From a virus, in IMG/VR virus record IMGVR_UViG_3300029288_006769, positions 58,367 to 122,366 of that record: a DNA stretch of 64,000 nucleotides. The stretch is one strand, 5' to 3'. The first letter of the stretch is position 1; each line of letters begins with the position of its first letter. Under the pieces are notes generated by a model. It saw nothing but the letters and a program-made list of their open reading frames with translations, was not told where the DNA came from and ran no database searches. Of this stretch, positions 35,839-45,919 are shown one piece after another. A program made the position numbers and the translations under genes.

Positions 35839-36795
35839 TTACTCCAACATTAAATCATAAATACTGAGTGGGCTTAACTGATTTTCTTTGTATTGTCGGC
35901 TTGAATTTTTCTCATTATTTTCGTGATCTAGCTTGTTTTCTTCAAACATCTTTGTTAACTTTTCAATGTGCTCTTTTTTAAATCTCTTTTGCTTGAGACT
36001 TTGTACCAATGCATTAAAATGATGATCATAATGGTATCGACGTCCTGCAAGCATTAAAAAAGCTTCTAGTCTCATCAACAAAGTGAGCTTCTTTGATTCT
36101 TTTGCCTGATGCAATTTAACATGTAATTCTGCTAATTGTTTTAGTTCTCCTTCATGCATCATTCTACTCAAATCATGATGTATAGCATTTTTTGATAAAT
36201 GTATTGTAAGCACATCCCATTTTTCTTCTTGATAAGGATAATAACCATCATAAATGAACTTTAAGATGTTGTTTAAAATGTAAGCACGTGCATACAAAGG
36301 GTTTTGCGAAAAAACTCTAAAACATTCGCCATGAATATTACTTGTTACTTTCGATAATTCGCTTAAATCTGAAAGAAGCTCGTCATTATATCTTCTTAAG
36401 TAATAAATAATTTGTTCGTTATAAGCATACAACTCGTAAATATTAGCAAGTTCTATATCTGTTTGACGTAATAAACCTATTATGTCAAGAAACCCATCAA
36501 AAGCATCAAAAAAGTTTTCAGGTTTTTGAAAACCATCTGTTTTGTCTTTGAGCAAACCTTCGCAATGATGTGCAATAGCAATTCCCCATGGAGTTGTTGT
36601 ATCCCATCTAACTGTATTTGTAGCACTTGAACCCATTATCCAATGTGCTGAATTACTTGTAGTTCCAAGCAATGCATGCCACAAACTTTTCGTCAAATTT
36701 CGAAGCTCTACATCTTTGATTTCGTCTACTAGACTAACCATTTTACTGATTGTCCAATAGAGTCCCTTTATTCGTTCTTCATTTGACAGACTCAT
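35839..36795 (-). CDS. Hypothetical protein
   Basis: 318-aa ORF. Confidence 0.45.
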   Translation of the reverse strand: MSLSNEERIKGLYWTISKMVSLVDEIKDVELRNLTKSLWHALLGTTSNSAHWIMGSSATNTVRWDTTTPWGIAIAHHCEGLLKDKTDGFQKPENFFDAFDGFLDIIGLLRQTDIELANIYELYAYNEQIIYYLRRYNDELLSDLSELSKVTSNIHGECFRVFSQNPLYARAYILNNILKFIYDGYYPYQEEKWDVLTIHLSKNAIHHDLSRMMHEGELKQLAELHVKLHQAKESKKLTLLMRLEAFLMLAGRRYHYDHHFNALVQSLKQKRFKKEHIEKLTKMFEENKLDHENNEKNSSRQYKENQLSPLSIYDLMLE

Positions 36796-36997
36796 TAGTT
36801 TTTTCCCCTTTTAGATATTCAATGCTTACACAACAAAAAATAATCCAGCATAATGGACCGTAAATAATTAACCAGAATATAGTTTGTTTTTTGTTTTTAA
36901 ATTTTGTTTTAGAAATTGCTGCTAGAAAATAACCTGCAACAGACCAAAAACATAGAATCCCAACTAAACGTCTAATCATCTCTTCCATTTTTGTCAC
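36779..36997 (-). CDS. Small membrane protein
   Basis: Two TM helices. Confidence 0.3.
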   Translation of the reverse strand: MTKMEEMIRRLVGILCFWSVAGYFLAAISKTKFKNKKQTIFWLIIYGPLCWIIFCCVSIEYLKGEKTNESVK

Positions 36998-37117
36998 TCA
37001 TTATAAAAACGAACTTATTTAGATTTTTATATTGTCGCATACAATAAGGACAAAAATAAGCTTGATAATTTTCGAAATCAGTGTAGCCGCAATCTTGACA
37101 AACGGAAGCGTCCAGCA

Positions 37118-37291
37118 TTATTTGCTATAATGTTTGAACTTATAAGGGCAGTATTTAGTTACGGGACATTCATCGCAATAACCTGGGTTTCTTGATTGAA
37201 CTAAAATACAACCCCAGGGAGTCTTATCTTCTGCGTTCCAATGTCTATCCACGGGAACATGAATAGCAGCAAGACTACAAAGTTCTTGCAA
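37118..37291 (-). pseudogene. Short ORF with EndoIII/MutY-like Fe-S cysteine cluster (possible gene remnant)
   Basis: No in-frame ATG (TTG start possible). C-x10-C-x2-C-x5-C (WGCILVQSRNPGYCDECPVTKYCPY) resembles the HhH-GPD glycosylase [4Fe-4S] loop. PVDRH is similar to the VDTH motif. Confidence 0.2.
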
Positions 37292-37335
37292 TTGTTCTCT
37301 ATTTAGGCTTCTTAAAAGTTGGGCTGATTGGAATA

Positions 37336-37506
37336 TTGAAAACAGTACTAGAGTTTGTGCTTCTTATAGCAATCGGTTGTTTCCTTGTTACATCTAGCAT
37401 ACAACACAATAAAAAGCTTAATGATTTAAAAGCAGGTATAGATAGCATTCGAATCGAAACTGAAAAACTACATAGACAAATAGATTCATTGAGAACAAAA
37501 GAATAA
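37336..37506 (+). CDS. Candidate small membrane/coiled-coil protein (TTG start)
   Basis: 56 aa: TM helix (VLEFVLLIAIGCFLV) plus a heptad-like tail. Its stop overlaps the ATG of a following 23-aa ORF (TAATG, 37506..37577). Not in the ORF track because of the non-ATG start and size. Confidence 0.25.
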   Translation: MKTVLEFVLLIAIGCFLVTSSIQHNKKLNDLKAGIDSIRIETEKLHRQIDSLRTKE

Positions 37507-37669
37507 TGCAATATATTTTAACTCAAGAAGAGCTTGATACACTAACTTCAAAAGATGCTCAAAATGAATGTGTGTAAAACCTGGAAACATTATTTGCAAA
37601 ACAAAACCCAAAATACCAAAAGGTAGACAAACAAAAAATATTGCAGGACCTTGCCCAGTAAATTTCATT

Positions 37670-38398
37670 TTATTTTCCTGTTATTGGGCACCACCACCAC
37701 ATCCCAAATGTTGGAGTAGGATTTGTTCTAACATTGTAGATAGGGCACGAGAGGGAAAACGAAGTCTTACCTATGGAGAAACCTATGCCCCCAGTCAGAT
37801 CAAACTCGAACCCCTTCTCGCGGACCGATGAATTAGCATAATCACCGTCATGCATATAATACCCAGGATTAAATTCGATAAAAACATCTATGCCTTTAAA
37901 TAATTTAACTATTGGGCTCAGAACAGCATAAATTGCAGGTTCTTTATAATAATCATAGGCTACTTGAACTGCAGCATTTGCTTGGAAACCAAATCGATTG
38001 TTCTCCCAAAGGAAATGATATTGAGGAGAAACATACCATTGACTTCCTCTTAATACGAGTATGTTGTTTTTTCCAAGGTCATAACGCACCATAGCTGAAA
38101 AATCGACAGATGTTCCTGTAGATGTTTTCACCATAGAAATATGTGACCAGATATCTGTATTTGCCGTCATACCATAGACAAGGTAGATGTCTTCACCGAC
38201 TGCACCTGAGCCATCAGAATAAAGATAGGGATTGAGAACAAACATTTTGTCTCCAGCCATTGAACCAATAGCCGTGTAACTATACGAAAAAATTGTAGAA
38301 ACAAATAGACAAATTAACAGAAAACTCTTAATCATGATAACCGCCTTCAGCTTGTATAAGTGCTTCATGAACTTCTTCTGAAACATAAAAGAAGTCAC
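37670..38398 (-). CDS. Secreted outer-membrane-like beta-rich protein
   Basis: Signal peptide/TM at the N-terminus. Alternating hydrophobic pattern with many Y/G/S/T residues. Confidence 0.4.
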   Translation of the reverse strand: MTSFMFQKKFMKHLYKLKAVIMIKSFLLICLFVSTIFSYSYTAIGSMAGDKMFVLNPYLYSDGSGAVGEDIYLVYGMTANTDIWSHISMVKTSTGTSVDFSAMVRYDLGKNNILVLRGSQWYVSPQYHFLWENNRFGFQANAAVQVAYDYYKEPAIYAVLSPIVKLFKGIDVFIEFNPGYYMHDGDYANSSVREKGFEFDLTGGIGFSIGKTSFSLSCPIYNVRTNPTPTFGMWWWCPITGK

Positions 38399-38756
38399 CT
38401 GATATAGTTCTACAACAATAATTATCTCCTATAGGATTTCGAGAAAAACTTTCAATGGTATCTGGTGCTATTTCGAGCACGTCACTATGACAGCCATTAT
38501 CTGTTGGTCTTAAGATCCCTATTATCATCTTTTTCATAGGTCGCTACTGCCTTAGTATTTTTTCTATCTATTTTTTTAATATGGTACCCAATTGGTGCGC
38601 TTGTAAGCAAAAACATGCATTCTTACATTTGCGATATCAGGACCATAGCAGAAAACAAAAATAATAAAGACAAACAGGCAAACAGTAAAATTTTCATTTT
38701 TCGCTCCACATTTTATAAATATTGCCAGCATAAAAGTACTGGCAATATTTGTTTAA

Positions 38757-39356
38757 TCAGATAATCTGTACACCAAATGATTTAGCTGCAAGGATTGCAT
38801 GCCCGAACCAGAATTTAAGAGTTGTTTCTGGGAGCTTTTTTATAAATCTTTCAATCTCTTCATGGGTTGCAAACCTGAACTGGTTTTCGCAAAGTGTATC
38901 GTTTGTACCAAGACAGTATGTTGCTTCCTCGGCAATGCAAAACAGATCGTTTTCGATGTTATTGAATGAAGAGTTACCATACAAATCGTCGGTGTCTTGT
39001 GCTACGCACAAAACAAACTCGTCTTCATCGATGGAATTATCTCGCCGATCATCCATCTCTTTGATACAGACAAGCAACGTAAACAATCCGACTTCGAGTT
39101 TGCGCCCGACTCTGTCATCTTCTTCGTTATCAGTATCGACTTGAATTGTTTCGTTAAAAATAACAGACATAAGATCGGCAAGGATTTCTTTTGTGTCGTC
39201 ATCAACGTTAGCTCTTTCAATTTTGTTTTTGACAACTGTACCTTTTTCCGAAAGCCGCTGATCAGTATCCTGAATCATTTCCCGCCGCGGATTCATAGCA
39301 ATACTGGCATCGGTACATTGTTGTACGATTTTTACTATGGCTTCTGTCGAATTCAT
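38757..39356 (-). CDS. Highly acidic hypothetical protein
   Basis: 199 aa, D/E-rich. Confidence 0.4.
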   Translation of the reverse strand: MNSTEAIVKIVQQCTDASIAMNPRREMIQDTDQRLSEKGTVVKNKIERANVDDDTKEILADLMSVIFNETIQVDTDNEEDDRVGRKLEVGLFTLLVCIKEMDDRRDNSIDEDEFVLCVAQDTDDLYGNSSFNNIENDLFCIAEEATYCLGTNDTLCENQFRFATHEEIERFIKKLPETTLKFWFGHAILAAKSFGVQII

Positions 39357-39799
39357 AATGCCTCCATCTTTTTAATTTTGCGTACAATAGAAGTTGCAAG
39401 CTTCTCTATATCTTTTATGCTTGCAACTGTAATTACTGTTGAAATCTTTTCAATTTTATATTGAGTATCCAAATAAGTTTGACGTAGATCCTTCAAAGTT
39501 TCAAGCGACTGAGGCGACTTTCCCGTCCTCGCTTTTGCTCTTTCAAAACAAACTTCAACTGGTGTATCTACAAAAATCGTTATTTTCGGTTTTGGAAAGA
39601 ATTTATGTGCATAAAATTCTTTTATAAAATCATAAGAGCCCGTATTGTATTTCAAACAATAAACAAGTCCACTCCAAATGTATCTATCGCAGATGAAGTT
39701 CTTCTTACTTGCTTCCCAACCAAGCTTCTCAGCAACAAGTTTCGATAGTGTAGTTTTACCACACCCATCAATGCCTTCAAATACAATAAATTTGTTCAT
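39353..39799 (-). CDS. Thymidylate-kinase-like P-loop dNMP kinase (short)
   Basis: FIVFEGIDGCGKTT P-loop and DRY motif (ICDRYIWSG). Only 148 aa, so it may lack the LID region. Confidence 0.6.
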   Translation of the reverse strand: MNKFIVFEGIDGCGKTTLSKLVAEKLGWEASKKNFICDRYIWSGLVYCLKYNTGSYDFIKEFYAHKFFPKPKITIFVDTPVEVCFERAKARTGKSPQSLETLKDLRQTYLDTQYKIEKISTVITVASIKDIEKLATSIVRKIKKMEAL

Positions 39800-40000
39800 A
39801 AGATTTCCTTAAAAGGAAGCAGTAGAAAAAACAAGTATTATGACAACAAAGCTCATCGCTGTTCAACAATGGAAACAATAAATATTACCCGCCAGGAACT
39901 CTTTACAACAAAGGTGGGTAGAGTTCTACAATGGCTGGAAGTCACCATGGTTCTTGTTCTTTTCGGCATTGCAAGCAATACCTATTCTACTGCTTCTTAT

Positions 40001-40297
40001 TTACTTCGCTAATGGGGAAATCGGGCCCATAAGATCTTTGAAGTCGATCGGGAGCTCAATTTTCGTGGAAGCATTGACTTGTTTGATAGTAGCAGCAATC
40101 TCGAAAAGAGCATTGTTGATTGCTGTTATACGTTCATCGACTTTGACAACATCATAGAGTGGCCGTTTTTCTTTCTGACTTGTGTCTCTCCATGATGTTT
40201 CGGTAGCAGTTTCTTTTTCCAGCTCTTCAAGTTGCTTTTTTCTCTCTTTCAATGCTTTCTGCATCTCAAGAGCTTTACTTAAAGTCATGTTTTCCAT
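40001..40297 (-). CDS. Coiled-coil small protein
   Basis: 98 aa, charged heptad-like. Confidence 0.35.
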   Translation of the reverse strand: MENMTLSKALEMQKALKERKKQLEELEKETATETSWRDTSQKEKRPLYDVVKVDERITAINNALFEIAATIKQVNASTKIELPIDFKDLMGPISPLAK

Positions 40298-40347
40298 ATA
40301 GCCTCCTTGTTTTACTTTATAACTAAAAAAGGAGCTATATTCACAAG

Positions 40348-41154
40348 TTATAGGTAGGATTTTACGTCGTCGACAAGCTGCTGGAAATTTTGAGATTTAC
40401 GAATTTCTGGGTTCCATGCTAAACCCATTTCTTTGAGGTCGAGTTGATGTGTTACCGTGGCGCCTTCTTTATCTTGTTCTTTAGCCATGATCCAGACTGT
40501 GTCAGCAATTGCCATAGAATTTTCAAGATCGTGACTAACTATTATAAGCGTATTGAGTTCATTAAGAGCAGAAATTCTATTGAGAAGCTCAATTACTTTG
40601 TCAACCATGATAGGATCTAAACCTGAAAAAGGTTCATCTAACAATATAAATTTATTGTCAGTGAGCACTTGTTGTATAATGCTTACGCGTTGACGTTGCC
40701 CTCCGGACAATTGAGCAGGATATTTTTGAAGATGTTCTGCAAGGCCAAAGTCTTCGGCATGTTTCAAAATCAGATCTTTCTGCTCTGCTTTGCTTCGTTT
40801 GTAAGAAGAATGTAGTATACCTTGCCTTAGATTTTCAAAGATCGTTCTATGATCGAAAAGAAAATAGTTTTGAGGGACAATTCCTACTTCTCCAGGCGAA
40901 ACTTTATGTTGATCTGGGTATACCCAAACTTGTCCTGTAGTCGGTTTGTTTAACCCAGAGAGTATTCTAAATAACTGTGTTTTTCCAAGACCTGAACGCC
41001 CTATAAGAGCTATTACTTGGCCCTGAATCGAATCTGGCCGAGTGACGTTTCTTATTTCAAAACTAATATCCCTTAGAATAAGTTTGTCTCCATATTTGAG
41101 ACTGATATTCTCAGCTTTAATCAGAAGCTCTTCAAGAGCGTAAATTTTCTTCAT
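40348..41154 (-). CDS. ABC transporter ATP-binding protein
   Basis: Walker A GRSGLGKTQ, signature LSGGQRQRV, Walker B ILLDEPFSGLD. Confidence 0.8.
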   Translation of the reverse strand: MKKIYALEELLIKAENISLKYGDKLILRDISFEIRNVTRPDSIQGQVIALIGRSGLGKTQLFRILSGLNKPTTGQVWVYPDQHKVSPGEVGIVPQNYFLFDHRTIFENLRQGILHSSYKRSKAEQKDLILKHAEDFGLAEHLQKYPAQLSGGQRQRVSIIQQVLTDNKFILLDEPFSGLDPIMVDKVIELLNRISALNELNTLIIVSHDLENSMAIADTVWIMAKEQDKEGATVTHQLDLKEMGLAWNPEIRKSQNFQQLVDDVKSYL

Positions 41155-41252
41155 TTGAACTCCATAGATAGTCCGGTAACTGGTATTGAAGGATTTATGT
41201 CATCATCACCATAGGGACCTTCAACGTGGTTCCAGTTACCGAACATAGTTAA

Positions 41253-41618
41253 TCACTTTTTGCACATGAAAATCATATGCAGGTCGTCGTTTTCCGTGAT
41301 GAACAGTTCGTGACAGATAATCCGTTCGATATTCTTGACTGCTGCCGCAATATCCTTTTCGTTCTGTTCGAAAACCAGATTGGGATCGAGCTGACCGATT
41401 TTTGCGGTATGCAGAATTACCGGATAATGTTCATCATCCCGATAACCGAGAGACATGATCAATGTCTGGGATTTCTCGAGAAATTCGACGCCGATGCTTT
41501 TGGGAGCGACCTTGTTTTCCGAGACCCATTTTTCGATGTTCCCGAGAAGTTCACGAAGGTCCGTGTCTGAAGTATAATCGGTGGCGAACAATTTGAATTT
41601 CCCATGTACCTGAATCAT
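41253..41618 (-). CDS. Hypothetical protein
   Basis: 121-aa ORF between the ABC ATPase and permease genes. Confidence 0.4.
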   Translation of the reverse strand: MIQVHGKFKLFATDYTSDTDLRELLGNIEKWVSENKVAPKSIGVEFLEKSQTLIMSLGYRDDEHYPVILHTAKIGQLDPNLVFEQNEKDIAAAVKNIERIICHELFITENDDLHMIFMCKK

Positions 41619-41649
41619 AGGATTCCTTTCATTAATGTTTTAAGGTAAA

Positions 41650-42417
41650 TCATTTTGCTTTCCCTAATCTACAATAAGGAAAAAGCCAATGACGAGATTT
41701 TGCTAGCAATAAATCGATTAACATTCCTACTATAAAAATAACGATGAGAAGAGCAAATACTTTGGGCAGGTCAAGGTACTTATTTGCCTTTAAGAGCATA
41801 ACTCCGAGCCCGCCCTCTGACATGCTAGTACCTTCAACCATAGTAATCATAAGCCAGGATATTGCAAAATTCTGCCGTTTTACTTCAATCACTTGGTCAG
41901 CTCTACCCAAAATAATTACTTCATAAACAGTCTCCCAGATCCCATAACGAAGAGTCCTGCAAAGATCATATTCATGAGTCTTGATTTCAGAAATAATAGC
42001 CGTAAGCGATGTTACAAAAAATGGAACAATACCGAAAAGTAACAGACTCATTTTCAAATCACTTCCATTTTTGGTTACCAATGTGAAGAGAAAAATAAGA
42101 CCTGTTAAAGTAAGATATCTACATTGCGTAACAAATTTCGATATTGGATTAAAAGCTGGTATGACAGAAAGGTATGCAATAAATAGAGCAATCGCCATTG
42201 AAATCAGCATGCTTGTTATTGTCAATGAAAAACTGCTCACAAGATTTCGTACAAAATCTGGCTCACATACTAAAGCAATCATGGCTTTTCCGACTACAAT
42301 GGGGCCAGGAATGAGACCTCCCCCATTAAATACATGCCATAGAATTAAAGCACCAATTGCTTCAATGACAGCAACCCCCATCCAGATGCGATGGGGGACT
42401 ATTGCTAAAGGTTCCAA
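41650..42417 (-). CDS. ABC transporter permease (TauC/SsuC-like BPD-type)
   Basis: Six predicted TM helices. C-terminal ...LLIVIFIVGMLIDLLLAK is typical of BPD_transp_1 permeases. Confidence 0.6.
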   Translation of the reverse strand: MEPLAIVPHRIWMGVAVIEAIGALILWHVFNGGGLIPGPIVVGKAMIALVCEPDFVRNLVSSFSLTITSMLISMAIALFIAYLSVIPAFNPISKFVTQCRYLTLTGLIFLFTLVTKNGSDLKMSLLLFGIVPFFVTSLTAIISEIKTHEYDLCRTLRYGIWETVYEVIILGRADQVIEVKRQNFAISWLMITMVEGTSMSEGGLGVMLLKANKYLDLPKVFALLIVIFIVGMLIDLLLAKSRHWLFPYCRLGKAK

Positions 42418-42677
42418 TAAAGGAATTCGAAATAATCAGGGCCGGGAAGATTTGCATCATCAAGGAGTTTATAAAAATGTTTTTCGAATTTTTCAATATC
42501 CTCGGCATTCAATCCTGGAGGTTTTTGTGCCGGTTGGATTCGAGGAACTGCGAAAGCAGGTGTTGTTGGTGTTTGGAGATTCTGTGGAGACTGTGGAGTT
42601 TTAGGTTTTTCATCAAATTCAATAAGAGGAGACAAAATCTTTTTAAGTGTATTCATAAATTGATCCTTTTTTGACAT
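42405..42677 (-). CDS. Hypothetical protein
   Basis: 90-aa ORF. Confidence 0.3.
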   Translation of the reverse strand: MSKKDQFMNTLKKILSPLIEFDEKPKTPQSPQNLQTPTTPAFAVPRIQPAQKPPGLNAEDIEKFEKHFYKLLDDANLPGPDYFEFLYWNL

Positions 42678-42742
42678 GAGTCATGAATCATTGACCATAC
42701 ATTTCTATATCTTTTTTTTTCCAGATTATAAGAACAATTCTT

Positions 42743-43774
42743 TTAATTAGAAATTGTTTCGTGTTTTATTTCTTTGATTTTGTTAACGAAGAGTTTGAGA
42801 CCTGGTAGAGAATCTATATGGTAAGACATAATGTATTTTTCTCCATCAATATCAGTTGTCCATTGTTCAGGTGCAGGACAACCACAATGCCCGACAACCC
42901 GAACATCCTTAGCCCCGACAGGATCAGCGTAAAGGTCGTTAGCAACATCTAAAGGTACCGGCCCATTAACTACCCAATAGTACCAGGCACGTTTGAAGAT
43001 GAATGGTCCCTGTTCAATAAAACCGAATTTAGTAAATGGCACTTCAGTATTACCCAATCCCACGGTTTCAACTGGAATACCTACTAATTTTAATTCCATT
43101 TCAATAAAATAATCGCAAAACACATCTCCTGCAAGGTTCCAAAATCTATTATAATCTTTTCCACCAATTTCAAAGATTTGATTTGCCTGTTGTTGAACAT
43201 GTTGCTCCATACAATCTTTATGGAAGTATCTTCGTACACGACAAAAAATCTTTTGTCCCTTCTCTATGATTATGTTTTTCTCTTTCTCATCATAGTTTAA
43301 ATAATATCGACCGTCAGTTTTTTGTTTTAAAATTTCATTAAGTTCGATAATCGATAAACCGATGTACAAACCCGAATCTAATTCTATTGTTTCGTCGACA
43401 AAATGGCACTCTAAAAAATCCTGAGTTTCAATACTCCAGTTTTTTTGACAATGGAAACAATTTGTCGAAAAATGTGGTGGACTCCACATATATGTTGACA
43501 TAGAAGACTCTATATGTCGAAAATCGTCTATTGTGACAACTTTTGGCACTCTAACTCTTTTTTCAAGTTTCCATACGTTCCCACATGTATCTAAACGGAG
43601 CGCACCGAATAAAACAAATTCTTCAAGTTCTTCTTTTCTAATGTAATAAGCGTCATGTCGATTACGCAACATTGTTACAAAAGTCTCGTATGAAGAAAAA
43701 GTCTGTTCAATCCCATATATAGTGTTGTATGTCTCTTTATTGATTTTTGAAATAAAATCAAATTTTGCTGTCAT
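42743..43774 (-). CDS. Hypothetical protein
   Basis: 343-aa ORF. Confidence 0.45.
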   Translation of the reverse strand: MTAKFDFISKINKETYNTIYGIEQTFSSYETFVTMLRNRHDAYYIRKEELEEFVLFGALRLDTCGNVWKLEKRVRVPKVVTIDDFRHIESSMSTYMWSPPHFSTNCFHCQKNWSIETQDFLECHFVDETIELDSGLYIGLSIIELNEILKQKTDGRYYLNYDEKEKNIIIEKGQKIFCRVRRYFHKDCMEQHVQQQANQIFEIGGKDYNRFWNLAGDVFCDYFIEMELKLVGIPVETVGLGNTEVPFTKFGFIEQGPFIFKRAWYYWVVNGPVPLDVANDLYADPVGAKDVRVVGHCGCPAPEQWTTDIDGEKYIMSYHIDSLPGLKLFVNKIKEIKHETISN

Positions 43775-43816
43775 GTTTTTATCCTTTAATATTTTCTAGA
43801 TTAGAAAGGTAAATCT

Positions 43817-44143
43817 TCACCCGGGATTTCTTTTTAAAGCAGGAGGTGGTTCTACTTCGCATTCATATTGAGAACAATCTTGTACAGGTATGTCTTCTAA
43901 TCTAGAATAAAGTTGTTCACCATCATGAGGCAAATTAGAGTGAATTAAATAGTATTGAAGTTCTTCTTCAGCTCCTATATCGCGAATCACCGTTCTTAAA
44001 ATTATATATGATATTTTTGACTTACATATTCCTGGCGTACCATCGTCAAAAAAATAAACAGGGTCACCAGGTTGAAATTTTAATTCAACATTAATCTCTC
44101 TTACAACAACATCGTCTTTTAAAAAATTGAATTTGTTTTTCAT
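43817..44143 (-). CDS. Hypothetical protein
   Basis: 108-aa ORF. Confidence 0.35.
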   Translation of the reverse strand: MKNKFNFLKDDVVVREINVELKFQPGDPVYFFDDGTPGICKSKISYIILRTVIRDIGAEEELQYYLIHSNLPHDGEQLYSRLEDIPVQDCSQYECEVEPPPALKRNPG

Positions 44144-44177
44144 AAATACAAAGGCTGGTTTCCCAGCCCTTCCTAAA

Positions 44178-45338
44178 TTAATTTCCGCCTTTAGGCACAG
44201 ACATATCGAGTGTAAGATCCTTTGCAGTTTTTGCCATTAAGAGATCAACAAGCGCCGTCGCTCCATTTCCCCCTTTATTTGCATCACTACCCATTATAAT
44301 AGTAGGCACTAATTGATTACCCTTGAGAGCTTCAGCATAAGTACCGTTAACCTGAATCCAGGCTTGAAGTTTCTTGTCCAAAGCTCCGTCAGCAGACATG
44401 ATAGCACGTTTCTTTGCAGCTTCTCCTTCTCCCTGAAGGATGAGTTTTTGTTTCTCAAACTCAGCAGCTTCTTTTTCAAGTTTTGCAACTTCTTTCTGCT
44501 GTTCTGCTTCCGTAACTTTTTGAGCCTTGATTACTTCCTGCTCCCATTTTGCTTTTGCTGCATTGGCCTCACCTTCCTTGGCTACAGTAATAGCGTTCTG
44601 TTCAGCTTGTTTTGCTGATGCAATAGCAGTCTGAACATCCATAGCAATTTTTTGCTGTTGCTGAATTTGTTTTTCAACCGCATCATCGTATGGAAGGCTT
44701 GAAATCGCAAAGTTAAATGTACGAATTCCGAATTCTTGTAAAACCGCATGATCCTGACGCAAGAATTGTCCAGAAGAATCTTTTGCAATTTCAACAACAG
44801 TAATAGTTTTTTCAGAGCCAGTCAAAGGATCTGTTGTTTTGACATCCTTTTGCAAAGTTTTATAAACTCCATTTTGAATCTGATCTTCAACATAACTTAA
44901 CAGGTAATTCCTTTTTTCAGCGAATGATTCTTTCGAACTCATCAAAGGACCTGTCATGTAAATCGATTTATTGACGATTGTCTGGATGAGTTGCATTTCA
45001 ATAGCTTTTTGACTCCCAAAACGAACATGTAACTGAGTCAAATGTTCATTATCTATAGGCATTTCATATTGGATCGACCCGATCATTTTTCCGTGTCCGC
45101 CATCATTGAAACGTACAGGTATTTCGAATGCGTAACTTTCGCGTTTGTCATACTTAGTCACTTTGCCGAAAAACTGAGCCTTGATTCCTGGCGTAGTGTG
45201 CCAGGTAAGTTTTCCAGCGATAGGGCTTTGAACCACCATGATCTTACTTGCGTCGAGATTTTCGGCAACATTGAACGACATGAAAATAGCAATTAGTATA
45301 CCGACAACGGCAAGTACTGCTCCCAACGTAGCACGCAT
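44178..45338 (-). CDS. SPFH/band-7 (flotillin-like) membrane scaffold protein
   Basis: N-terminal TM helix, SPFH-like core, C-terminal EA-rich coiled coil (AEQQKEVAKLEKEAAEFEKQKLILQGEGEAAKKRA). Confidence 0.6.
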   Translation of the reverse strand: MRATLGAVLAVVGILIAIFMSFNVAENLDASKIMVVQSPIAGKLTWHTTPGIKAQFFGKVTKYDKRESYAFEIPVRFNDGGHGKMIGSIQYEMPIDNEHLTQLHVRFGSQKAIEMQLIQTIVNKSIYMTGPLMSSKESFAEKRNYLLSYVEDQIQNGVYKTLQKDVKTTDPLTGSEKTITVVEIAKDSSGQFLRQDHAVLQEFGIRTFNFAISSLPYDDAVEKQIQQQQKIAMDVQTAIASAKQAEQNAITVAKEGEANAAKAKWEQEVIKAQKVTEAEQQKEVAKLEKEAAEFEKQKLILQGEGEAAKKRAIMSADGALDKKLQAWIQVNGTYAEALKGNQLVPTIIMGSDANKGGNGATALVDLLMAKTAKDLTLDMSVPKGGN

Positions 45339-45359
45339 AACTCCTCCTTTGATTGTGAA

Positions 45360-45659
45360 TTAATCATCATCAGCAATGGCTGACATTTTTGGATTACTTG
45401 ATGTTTCCCTTTTTTTGTTTTTAATTCTTTTTTCGATATTTTTTTCAATAGTTTCTTGTTTGAGCTCAGCTAACTCGTCCTTTAACTTTTCTTCTTTTCG
45501 GAACATTGGGAACAATTTTGTTCCTCGTATAATAGGAATACTTACTTGCGTAATCAATGTCCAGCCAAGGGTAACAACGATTAAAACTTCAAAAGCAATT
45601 ATAAGTATCATACAAGTTCCTTTTTCTTGTGTATAAGTTTCTATATTTTTCAAGTTCAA
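45360..45659 (-). CDS. Small membrane protein with charged tail
   Basis: TM helix plus a K/E-rich tail. Lies upstream of the SPFH gene. Confidence 0.35.
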   Translation of the reverse strand: MNLKNIETYTQEKGTCMILIIAFEVLIVVTLGWTLITQVSIPIIRGTKLFPMFRKEEKLKDELAELKQETIEKNIEKRIKNKKRETSSNPKMSAIADDD

Positions 45660-45731
45660 GTGAAAAAAATGTTTGAAATAGTTTTTAAAACACCAGTTTA
45701 AGATATAATATTAACTGGTGGGGATTAATCT

Positions 45732-45911
45732 ATGACGGTCTTGAAAGAAGAAGTTACATCTAGATTGCAAACAATGGCGTTTTTACTTGATGCTATTTCG
45801 TCTCTCCATAATGCTGGAATAATATCAGACGAAAAAGCTTGTGAAAAAGCAAATTGTTATATTAATCACATCGATGATGTTATGAAAATAGCGGAAAGTG
45901 AAATAGAATAG
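45732..45911 (+). CDS. Candidate 59-aa protein (below the ORF-track cutoff)
   Basis: ATG preceded by ggtgggga. tataat at 45704-45709 upstream. Begins a short plus-strand pair divergent from the SPFH operon. Confidence 0.3.
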   Translation: MTVLKEEVTSRLQTMAFLLDAISSLHNAGIISDEKACEKANCYINHIDDVMKIAESEIE

Positions 45912-45919
45912 GAGCACAT

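Noticed and set aside
37299-37668. Two minus-strand ORFs from the track (70 and 60 aa)
   Set aside because: Low-complexity sequences. The plus-strand TTG-start ORF in the same DNA has far more protein-like character (TM + coiled coil) and is translationally coupled to a downstream ORF.
38749-39144. 131-aa Ser-rich plus-strand ORF
   Set aside because: Mirror image of the acidic protein 38757-39356. Serine-rich low complexity.
41981-42604. 207-aa plus-strand ORF antisense to the ABC permease
   Set aside because: The opposite-strand permease has coherent TM helices. This frame has none of the expected features.
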